DNA of 63,184 nt, the filler included, from Kipferlia bialata (lineage: Eukaryota): assembly GCA_003568945.1 (NCBI GenBank). It is 3 parts of 3 records of this genome, joined end to end, with 100 filler letters (N's around TTAATTAATTAA, not from the genome) between each part and the next. Parts side by side here need not be neighbours in the genome. Positions count along the whole stretch, not along the records: positions 51,911 to 63,184 come from BDIP01000141.1; 2 more parts are not named here. One strand, written 5' to 3'. A program made the position numbers and the translations under genes. Shown here piece by piece: positions 51,911 through 62,842 of this stretch (position 1 is the first letter of the stretch; each line of letters opens with the position of its first letter). The notes below the pieces were generated by a model, which ran no database searches, was not told the DNA's origin, and was given only the letters and a program-made list of their open reading frames with translations.

Positions 51911-53168
51911 GAGCAGCTGCACAGTGGCCTTGGCCTCCATGAAGACTCCATGCTCCTCATCTATGATGTCAGTGATCACAAGCTGGATGGAGTGAGCGGC
52001 ACACGCGATACGAAGGATGTGACGGTACCCAAGCCTCTCCCTGAGGATCTTCACTGCCCCCACGCCATTACTGGCGTTGTCACACACCACACTACCTTAC
52101 GTTAGCGGAGATCAGCACCAATATAGGCAACATATATATGCATTGGTATATTCCTATTGTCTAGGAGAACACGACACTATACATACCAACCATGACACCC
52201 TCATTGTGGAGCTCCTCAATCTTCTTCTTTAAGTACTCGGCAAGGTACTCCTTGCTGTTCTTCACGTTCTCTCCCACTGTAGCAAGATAGTGGCTCTTGC
52301 CACCGAAGATGATACACAGACTGTTCTTCTTGACCTTCTTCAAGCCCTACAGGTTAGAGGCAGGTATAATACGAGAAGGTAAAATATGATACTATGCGTA
52401 TATACAACACATCACTCACCACCGTGTCCTTCCACCCATCTGTCGCGAAGTTGACACACTCATTGTAAGCAGAGCGAGCAAGCTCTTTTGTCTCGAGCTT
52501 TGCGACCTTGATCACCATGTCCCTGACCGCTGATCCGCCTTAAGATTAGTCTATGTGTACGCGTCGTGGCTATTTGACATAGCAAGCATACATATATACA
52601 TACCTGGCATGTCCTCTTCCTTGGGGGTGTTGCGCACAGCATTGAGCATTCTCTGGAACGCAGGCTTGTTGAAGACATTGATGCTAAGCTAAAATTAGGG
52701 ATCAACAGAGTGTGAGTGTATATGGAAGGTATACTGAGTCATACGTACCAGACCCTCCGCATAGCAATGCGCAACGGCACGCTCAAGGTCGGAAACACAG
52801 AAGTTCTCTATCCTATGGTACTGTCTCCTAACCCGACTTGGAAGGCTAGACCTCCTCTTCTTGCGCTGCTTAGAAGCCCTGGGCTTAGACACACTCTCGA
52901 ATGGGTCCGCAGGCTGTATTGCCAGCTGAGAGTCACCGGCAGCACAACCAGATCCTTCTATCAGCTGACTCCCACTGCAAGAGGGCACTGGATGGAGAGT
53001 GCCCAGCCCAGAGGAGGCGAGTGGAGACGCCAGAAGACCAGATGCCTGCAGCAGGCAAGGCAGGATGCCACCGCTGAGCGTATCCGCCAAGAAGCCAACA
53101 TCAGGGAGGAGGACAGGGTTGGTGTCTGAGAGGAGTATTGTGGTAGCGCAGGGAGCTAGGCCTTTCAT
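51911..53168 (-). mobile_element. hAT-superfamily transposase gene with 4 spliceosomal introns (3' part lost at gap)
   Basis: Spliced frame: LERAVAHCYAEGL|LSINVFNKPAFQRML..|..VNFATDGWKDTV|..EYLAEYLKKKIEEL..|SVVCDNASN..LRIACAAHSIQLVITDII. Contains the first two catalytic Asp and the CxxH motif of hAT transposases. Confidence 0.85.
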
Positions 53169-53600
53169 TGCTCAGTGGTCAGACACCACAGTATCCTATC
53201 AGTACCGTGAGAGAGGAACAGCTAAGGCTAGACTGTAACCGGTGACTTCCACACTAATAGTTGGCGGAGAGTGTGGAGGTGGTGAGTAGAGTTCCCGTTC
53301 GGGCTCCCCTCACTTCACCTGCAGCATACTATTCCCAAGTGGGACTCCCGCTGTGGGAGTGTATAGATTAGACAATGTTGTAAAGATTGATATGCAGACT
53401 CAAGGTCGCAATATGATAGTACCAGTGTGACGATTGGACTACATGTGAATCAGTTTCTTACACTATTACATGTGGAGCAAAAGAAGAAATGTCAATTATA
53501 TCTGTGTCTCTCTCTCTTGGATCTATTGAATGGTATATAGAGCATAATGAAAATAGTTCGGTTTGCCTACACTTACAGAGGGCAGGCTGTTGGCGTATGT

Positions 53601-55064
53601 TCAAGTGAGAGTGACGTATATCACCTCCTCTCCACCTCTCTCTCTACCCTCCCTCCAGTGCTTCTCCATTGCCACACGCTTGGCGGTGGCGTTCTTGGCG
53701 ACCTGAACAGTCAGTCCTAGTTAAGTATGAACCTGATACTCTCATCAGTACTGATTCAGAACCACTACAGTTATCAGTATCTGTACCTGAATGGCTGCCT
53801 GCTCTGTCGCCACTGCCCTGATGTACTCGGCCAGTCTGGCCTGGAGTGAGACGCAGAGAGATACAAGGGATGCAGATAAACAACCATGATATACACAAGA
53901 GAAAGAGACAATAGTTGCAATAGAGAGACGTAGACGAAGCGTACCTGGTACTCCTCCATCTCCTTTGCATCAAAGGCTGCGATCCTCTGGGCCTGCTTTA
54001 CAGCACAGACAGCCACACCAGCGGATACGGCAGCAGCACAGCCAATTACTGGAGCAGTCAGGGTCACTGCCGCAAATGCCGCGGCCAGTGCCGCCCCAGT
54101 GGCCACTCCACTGATAACCCAGCAGAGTCCTGACCAGCAGGAGTTGGACTGTGGCCTCACAGGCTCCTCGGGTAGGCCCTGCCTCTCCTTCTCCCTCTTC
54201 TTCTTGCCACCCTTGCCCCTCTTCACTTGCTTGACCTGCTTGACCTTCTCTCCCTTGGGTGCTGCTGTTGGGACAGGTGCTTGGTCAGCAGCGATGCGAG
54301 AGAAGATCTCTCGCTCTGCCTTCCGGGAGTCAGTCTCGAGGCTGTTGATCATGTTGAGGAGTCCCTGGGCCTCTGCCCCAGCAGATTGTCCTGTGAGGAA
54401 CCTGATGTGAGATGGGCTGCATTACCCCGAACGAGTATGTGGACAAGACACCTCGTTAAGGAATGGAGCGAATGATAGTGCCCAGCCTATTGACGGCGTA
54501 CTCACCTCTCAGTCCAGTCCTTGAAGGCACTACACTGATGTGTGACATTTCTCTGCAGCTGCATGATGTCGAAGCCCTAGTGGTGAGTCATAAGGCAGGG
54601 GTCTACAGCAACACTACAAGCCAACAGTACAATTGTAGGGTGGCCCTCGGATACACACCTGTGTTCCGTCCTTGGAGCCAAACTGCCACACACAGCCGAT
54701 GGTCCTGAAGAACTCCTCGACCCTGGCAAGGACCACCTTGCTCTCAAAGTATCTGCGGAGTGCGTCCTCGTCCTCCACCTTGTCAAGGCCGGCGAATCCG
54801 TCCACCAGCTTCTGTAGGCGAGCTGCTGTCCTCAGGAGCTTCGCCATCTTCTTCTCAGCGACACCCATGAGCTTAAACCTCTCTCTCTGTCTCTCTCTTC
54901 TTGGCAATGGCGAGTATCTTGGGGACGAAGGTGCTGCCAAATTCAATCACCGCCTTGAGCTTAGTAGGGCACTTCATCCCACTCATCCCAGGGATGGAGA
55001 AGTCCACGACATCAGTCTCTCTCTCAGCAACGACAACGTCGCTCTCACTCTCCTTAGTGGCCAT
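53601..55064 (-). pseudogene. Helical protein with Gly/Ala-rich hydrophobic hairpin; apparent frameshift near 54880-54900
   Basis: MATKESESD...KKRETEREV* continues in another frame as FKLMGVAEKK. Later exons splice in frame to GLCWVISGVATGAALAAAFAAVTLTAPVIGCAAAVSAGVAVCAVKQAQR. Confidence 0.5.
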
Positions 55065-55281
55065 AGACGTTTCTGACCCTCCCTCTTTTGATGTAAGAAG
55101 AGAGACTAGAATCATAGCAGTGGCCATGGCATGATCGTGTACCACTACAGTAAGTATTGAGGGTATCAAATGTTTAGTGTGTCCAAGAGTGATGTTTTTG
55201 TCAATGGTGAGAGGGTCCAGAGAAAGGTCCAGGTATGGGTCCTGTATCGAGTCACTCCTCTCCACGTTCCTGTCTCTCACC

Positions 55282-55529
55282 ATGGTCGACTCTCTCCTGT
55301 AAGTAGTCTATGGACAGCACATGAGTGTGGTTCCCAACAACATTTCCCATTATTCGCCCTTGTACTAGATCTATGTGTATAATGTGAAACAATAATAGCA
55401 ATACCGATCATACCATAGATCTATGTACCCACCCTCACCCAGCTACTTCAAGATCCCAGGCAGGGCAGAGGCCATCCGGCTGATGTACGCATTGGCCCAG
55501 GTGGAGCTGGAGGACAAGACAGTGCCTAG
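55282..55529 (+). CDS. Glutathione S-transferase N-terminus (sigma-like), first two exons only
   Basis: MVDSL(L) | intron 55299-55442 | YFKIPGRAEAIRLMYALAQVELEDKTVP matches the GST N-terminal YF...GRAE.IR......V..ED motif. No further exons seen after the poly-C at ~55680. Confidence 0.8.
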
Positions 55530-55676
55530 GTGGGTGTACAGTAGAGTGTATGGATTACTGTATGTCTACTTCCTTCTCTTTTGAGTCCCTCCTCTACCTC
55601 TACTAGATGTTAATCTGACGCTAGCCTAACAGTGAAATACAATTATTGATCATATGATATGAAGTGTGTGCATCTA

Positions 55677-55711
<35 letters not shown>

Positions 55712-55792
55712 CCCCTCGCCCCCTCTCTCCCGCGAGAGAGAGAGAGAGAGTGATACCAAACATGCTTATACAGCGAGGGGTAACGGAATCAT

Positions 55793-55837
<45 letters not shown>

Positions 55838-56403
55838 GTGAAGGTATGGGACGATATTGAAGTGCAATGGATTGGGTTGATGCACCTGGATATGAGGGCT
55901 GAGTCAGTACAACAGGTTGAGAGAGAGACAAAGAGAGAGATAGCACCTTATGGCTAATGTATATGTGAAACAAGCACTGATGAGACTCAAAGCGACTGCA
56001 ATCAATCAAGTGATTGATGTGGTTTATCATCAGTATCGTTTAGGACAGTCTTGGCTATGCATGCACCACGCAGAAACACAGAGATATATGCTCATTCTAT
56101 GTCATTGATGCAACCACACCACCACAATTGACTCACTTCGCTATAGCTAGGGTATATCAATCAAACGACATTTGAGATATGATATCTCACACATAGATGT
56201 AGTACATATAAGCAGCCAGAGCACGAAACACTTGCTCTAACTTGAATGACATATACCAATATTCAGTGCTATCAATGTGTGGTAGACAAACCTCAGATTG
56301 TTTGGGGTGTATTGGTGAAGGATAGAGAGTTCTTTCGATGATTGTGATATTAGTATCAGCATAGTACGTCTTTTTTTTTTTTTCAGGATTTCGGGAGGTT
56401 CAT

Positions 56404-56485
56404 GACACTATGGCCGAGTTGGTTAAGGCGGTTGACTCGAAATCAACTTCACTTGTGAGCGTGGGTTCGAATCCCACTGGTGTCG
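56404..56485 (+). tRNA. tRNA-Ser (anticodon CGA)
   Basis: Acceptor GACACTA/TGGTGTC+G, D arm TGGCCGAGTTGGTTAAGGC, anticodon arm GTTGA-CTCGAAA-TCAAC, long variable arm, T arm GTGGG-TTCGAAT-CCCAC. Confidence 0.97.
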
Positions 56486-56750
56486 AGTTTCTTAAACTCA
56501 AGTATATGATTCGAATCTCATATGTGTCATGTCCTTCTGTCTATTTCGGTTCAACTGGTGTGTCGCTCAGCGAGAAACCTTTTCCTCCTGACCGGTAAAG
56601 ACCACTCCACAAATCTTGCCATTGGCCAGGATATTTATATTGAAATGTCTCTCTGTAAACATGAGCCAACAGCGAACAGAGAGATGCAGTTGATAACCAG
56701 CCAGGGCTATCCTGTTTAGCCTTGACCAGCCTTGACCAGCCTTGACTAGA

Positions 56751-58670
56751 CTAGACTGGCACCTCTGAGAGTGGCTTGCTATCCTCTGCGGCATCTGCCT
56801 CCTGCTCAGCGGCCCTCTTGCGGATCTCAGCCTCAATCTAGGGGTCAGAGGCATGGTTCTGTGAGATACTACAATTATAATACCAGCAGTAGTATATGTC
56901 CGTACCATGTGTCTCTCATGTGGCACCTTGGCCAGTGCAGTCACAATGACACCTGGGGTTACGGGTATAATACAAATTGTCTATTCATAGTATATGACGT
57001 AACACATGTGTTGTTTGCAATATATATGAAGAATTAATGGACAAACACAAAGAGACGGTGTGAGCCCGAGATAGAGAGAGATATATAGTTACCTATGACT
57101 GGCCAGGATAGTGCTATGAACCATGAGGCATGGGGGTTCCAGTCATACAGGTATCCCTGGCATTAAGGAGAGTAATGACATGACGAATTTCAATTTCTAT
57201 TATAGAGCCAGTGTATATACACCACACATACCAGAGCGAGGGAGAATATAGACCGGCCAAGGGAGTTGCCGATCTGGAAGAGACCGAGCATCATGCCTGG
57301 AGTAAGGAAGCTTATACGACACATCTTGGGTATATATACATAGAGAAAGATACACAGCAACAGGTGAGAATATGAAGAACATCTCACTCTCAATAATAAT
57401 CCCTATACATATTCGTATACATACCTCTATCTTCTGGGGATGTCCATTCTGAGCACAGTGCAATGATGTAAACATCGTACTCTCTCTCTCTCTCTATATA
57501 TATACATATATATTCATATATGCATATACATACACTAACCTCTATCTTCTGGTGATGACCATTCTGAGCACAGTGGTATGAAGTGTACATCACACACACA
57601 CACACACTCTCTCTATATATATATTCATATTTGTATATCCATACTAACCTCTATCTTCAGGTGACGACCACTCAGAGCACAGTGCTATGAAGTTGGGGTT
57701 GGCCAGTCCATCAGACACACCGTTGAGGAAACACTCAAACTGAGAGTGAGAGACCTTGACTTGTATATTATATTGTCAACATAATTGTCTCTTGTCACAG
57801 AGCATTGTACGTACCGTGTAGACATAGAAGTTGAACATGCCNNNNNNNNNNNNNNNGCATTGTACGTACCGTGTAGACATAGAAGTTGAACATGCCGTCC
57901 TTGTCCAGTATTTAGGATAGCTAATACCACTAATAGTCACAGGTTTAGCTCTTGTCACAGAGTATGAAACGTACCGTGTAGACATAGAAGTTGAACATGC
58001 CGTCCTTGTCCAGAGCACACATGGAGAGGGGGATGATGGCAAGGGCCTGGCCCATGTAGATGGTCTGTCGTAAGATAGAGAGAGAGAGAGATTGGAATGC
58101 TCTGAGTAAATAATGGTGTATTGAAATACTGGGCACAATACTCACCATCTTTTCTCCGACCCTCTTGCTAATAGGTCCCACCACTATAGAGCCAAGGAGA
58201 CCGGCAGAAGTGGCCATGAGCCTATTGAAGGAATAGAGGGTCTAGAGGGTAAGAGAGAGAGAGAGAGAGACGAAATGAGTAGAGGGTCTAGAGGGTAAGA
58301 GAGAACAAAATAGACTGACAACGTTTTCAATCTAGTAAAAGACCAGCAGGGTATATGAGGAGTAGATATATATATATATATATATAGGCTGAGTCACTCA
58401 CCCCAAAGTTGTCTGGGCCTTAAGGGTAACAAGAGAGAGAAAGCCAATATGTTATATATAGATGTATGGATACAGTATATAATGGATACAGAAAGTGAGA
58501 CGGTGTATCACCCACCCCAAAGTTGTCTGGGTCAGAGAGAGAGAGAGAACAGAGAAGAGAAAAAAATCGAACAGCAGAGGTATGACCAGAAGCGCAGACT
58601 GAGGAAGTGTATAGTGTCTAGAGGGCAAGGAACAGAGATAGCTGAGACATCCTCACCCAAGAGAGAGAGA

Positions 58671-58705
<35 letters not shown>

Positions 58706-61343
58706 CTGAGACATCCTCACCCCAAAGTTGTCTGGGTCCACATCGCAGTTGTTGTAGACAATGCCACCTGGATGTCAGAATAGACACTAGAAATATATAT
58801 TACTAAGGATCTAATAGCAAGAAAATGTATTCAACTATTTAAAGACCATGTTGTTGTTGTTGTAGGTAATGCCACCTGGATTGTTAGATTATACACATGT
58901 ATTGAACTATACATGGGTATGTATGTTTAGATAGAACCTATTACACGTTTACCTGACGTGGCCGAGAATGATGAATGGGCTCCGAGTGTGAGTGTGAATC
59001 CCACGAATATCAGGAGGAGGTTTGGGTTGTGGGTGATGAGGGTGAAGGTCTTCTTGAAGCCAGACTCCTTGGGTGCCCTGGGGGTGAGAAACGGTGTAGA
59101 AAGAGAATATATATATATATATATACATAGACTATAAGAGGAACGTAGCTCACAGGAGAGAGAATAGTGGAATAAAGAAGTGCTGGAAGACTCACAAAGC
59201 ACTCACGTTTTGACAGACAGGTTCAGTGCCTTGGTCTCAGTTCTGGCAATGCGGCTGGAATAAGCGGGGAGGGGGAGAGAAGAATTAGAGGGATGACAGC
59301 GATGACAGTCGAGTCATGGAAAACAGAGACTACATATATATATACATACTACATATACTACATACTAGATATATTTAGATATACTCACATGGGTGCAGAC
59401 TCCCTTAGGAAGAACAGAGACACCATGCCCCCTGAGAAGGAGAGTAAGGAGCCCAGGATCATGAGCTCCTTCCACTGCCACCCTGGGGTCAGTATTAGTG
59501 TCACTAGGTCATGGGTTCAATTCCCACCAGAGACATATTCCTAAGCAATTGACGTACATGTGCTGATACTGTGCAGCAGGATGTTGAGGCAGATACCCAG
59601 GAAGGAGCCCGTCCACATGGAGCCATTCAGATAGGCGAGAGCCTAATCGTGAGAGTGCGAGGGCGTGGGTTCAATTCCCCACGTGGCAGAGCGAGACTAG
59701 TATATGTATATATACCTGGCTCCTCTGTCTGACTGGGGTGATGTCTGCCACGATGGTGTTGCCAAGGGGGGTGTACTGAGAGTGAGATATATATATCTAT
59801 ACATGAAAATATATAGTGGGAATAGAGAGAGAGAGGATTAGAGAGGTATTGTTGCCAAGGGGAGTGTATTGAGGGTGAATGGGAGAGAGAGAGAGAGAGA
59901 GAGAAAGAGACAGCAGAACTTGAAGGCATTGCAAAATGGAGTGCATTGAGAAGGGTATTTGGTGGCAGGGATTCCAGAGAGCGATTGTTTCACGTACAAT
60001 AGCACCCAGGCCGGACCAGGCCCTGAAGAAGAGAATGCCTGGGGGTCAATAATGATAAACTGCGATATAGTGAATTAGAATTAGAACATAGATAGTATCA
60101 CATCTGTCGCTCAAGTAGATTAGGTAACAAACAAGTATAAAACCCATATACATACCCTTGTAAGATGTCGAGAATGCAAACCCTAGCAGACACACTGCAT
60201 AGTTGAGGGATATGATGACCATGGAGGGCTTGCGTCCAATACGGTCACTGATACTGTTGTGAGATAGAGAGAGAAAGAGAGAGAGGGAGCGGGCGACCAG
60301 AACTAGAGGGGACAGTACAACAGAAAGCAGTCATGTCCACAAATCCTTCTGCGTCCGCGAAGGAAGCATACGTACCGGTGCCACGTTGGGGAGGCAAAGA
60401 GCTGACTGGGGGTTAAGGGTGTAGAGGGAGAGGCAAAATGAAACAGAAACAAAACATAGAGAAGGAAAGTATGTGTGAGTGATAGAGAGAGAGAGAGAGG
60501 CACGTACACTATGTTGAATATGGCCAGGGCGTTGGTGAGGGCAGACATTGTGTTGGCAGGGCCCAGGAGCTCACTTACGCGGGCTATAGTTAGGACTGTA
60601 GAAGGAGAGAGAGAGCGAGAGAGAGAGAAATATGACATGGTGTTGGCAGGGCCCAGGAGCTCACTGACACGCGCTAGAATAAGGGGTGTAGAGGGGGGGG
60701 GGGAGAGAGAGAGAGAGAGAAATATGACATGGTGTTGGCTGGGCCCAGGAGCTCACTCACACGGGCTGGAGATCAGTGGTAGAGAGGTAGAGAGAGAGGC
60801 AGAAACTCTCTGCCAGAGGAAGGGAGAGTGTAAAATCTATGTAGTTCATGTATATGGGTAGCATTCATATATACCTGGCAGGTTGACTGACACTAATGTG
60901 ACACCGATCAGTCCCCCATACATATATACACATATATACATATAAAGATAGATCTCCGATACCATAAGTCCTATATTGGCTTACATTCTGAGTAACTGCA
61001 GGGAGTATCTACATACAGTACCTGGCAGGTTGACTGATACAAGAGTAACACCGATCAGTCCCAGCATGATGTTGGTGTAGATGGCCCAGGCACCCGTGTC
61101 AAACCTGGAGTTAGATTAGTATCTATATAAGATATACTTAGCATATATAATCATTCCCATTCACAAGCCAAGTGGAAGGAAATCACGACAATAGAGAAAC
61201 AGCCTCGATGTATAGGGTGATATACTTACATTGTTGGCTCTGATAGCAGGTCATCGTTGATGTCCTTGCACCCTAGGGCACTGCCACCTATGGCTGTCAC
61301 AACCATGCGGAGCTCCCTAGGGGTAAGCAGAGAGAGAGAGAGA

Positions 61344-61385
<42 letters not shown>

Positions 61386-62194
61386 GAAGGACACTACCAC
61401 CTATGGCTGTCACAATTATGCGGAGCTCCCTTTGAGTGAGAGACATACATATCTTACAATATTGAGAGACATATGGTGTTGTTGGACGCATACAGTTCAT
61501 ATGGGAGAGATACGTACTCTGTTGACGCCTCAGTCTCATCTGTCTCTACGTGTGGGAGTTGGGGGTACTGACTGGACAGGTACTGCAGAGCGGCATATAC
61601 ATACTGGACACGGTGGGAGACATCGCCAGAGGGGTCATACTATGGATAAGGGAGAGAGAGAGAGAGAGAGGGAGAGAGAGAGGGGGGGGGAAGACATACT
61701 GGAAACGGTAAGAGACACCCCGAGAGGGGTCATACTAGGGGTATGTGGGACAGAGATATACTATGTCACACGTATATATCGAACAGAACAAGTATACCTC
61801 GAGGTCATCCACCTCCTGCATGTCCATGAAGGTAACAAAGTCAGACATGCCCCTTGGGGTAAGAGGGAGAGAGAGAACGAGAGAGAGAGAGAGTGAGGCA
61901 GGAGATAAGTCACTGATACAATAATATAGAGGATACCGATGGAAGTGGGGGAGGGGGAATTCAGATAGAAAGAGAGAGAGAGAGAGTAGTGGACTCACTC
62001 TGATACTGGCACAGTGTCATTCAAGTGGTGCACCAGCTGACAAAGGGCACTGGTCTCAAAGAGTCTGGAGCAGTCTGATGGGTGAGATACGCATCTATAC
62101 TATATCTATATAGAGAGAGGGAGAAGGAAGTAGAAGTTGAGGGCACTGTTCTCAAAGAGTCTTGGCGTGTTAGGGACAAGAATCCATCTCTCTA

Positions 62195-62235
<41 letters not shown>

Positions 62236-62842
62236 CGAGGGAGACACGGAGGAAGAGAGAGTACCTGAGTGCATAGGGGATGCATAGTCCAGCCTCAGGG
62301 CCTTAACCGCCATGAAAGTACTAAATATATAGTGTATATATGGTATAATGAATAAGTATATAGCATGTTCTATACCCGAGTGTTGGGGTGACGCATAGTC
62401 CAGCCTCACACCCTGGAGAGAGCTGGTGCTATGCAGGAAGGCAATGATATATCTGGAGTGAGTATAAGGAGGGACAATAGCAGAAGATGCATGGAGAAGT
62501 ATAGCCAGTGCCGTATAGTTCTGAATGACTCAGTATATGGGAAAATATAGTTCCACCTGCTCTCCTAGAGGATTGTGAGTCCCTCATATGAACCGAGAAT
62601 ACACTATCCATATACATGTGTATACATATACTCATCCCTTGGAATACATACAAAACTCATGTCCCACCTGCTCTCCTTGAGGAATGTGGGTCCCTAGTAG
62701 TATCCTAACCACACAATATATATATACTAGTATATATGTATATTTCCTTAAGTAGTCATATCAACACTCCAGTATATACTTCACTCCCACCTGCACTCCT
62801 TGAGGAATGTGAGTCCCTCTTTGGACAGGGTCAGCATGTGGC
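56751..62842 (-). CDS. Major facilitator superfamily transporter (TetA/DHA1-like) with long soluble N-terminal extension (5' end not resolved)
   Basis: Spliced motifs QLFASPTWHR|ISDRIGRKP (motif A), LFFRAWSGLG, YTPLGNTIVADITPVRQRSQ|ALAYLNGSMWTGSFLG and ALCSEWSSPEDR|G..LGLFQIGNSLGRSIFSL. Ends KPLSEVPV*, stop at 56751-56753. Confidence 0.85.

Noticed and set aside
56370..56383. Poly-T run upstream of tRNA-Ser as a terminator of another Pol III RNA
   Set aside because: No A/B box or recognisable RNA structure seen upstream.
57800..57900. Identical copies of GCATTGTACGTACCGTGTAGACATAGAAGTTGAACATGCC on both sides of a small N gap
   Set aside because: Most likely an unmerged contig overlap; not counted as independent echo evidence.
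61695..61736. YDPS exon pair as mutually exclusive exons
   Set aside because: The downstream copy reads through as a longer exon (only ~21 nt to the next AG), so the upstream copy is better explained as a partial acceptor echo.
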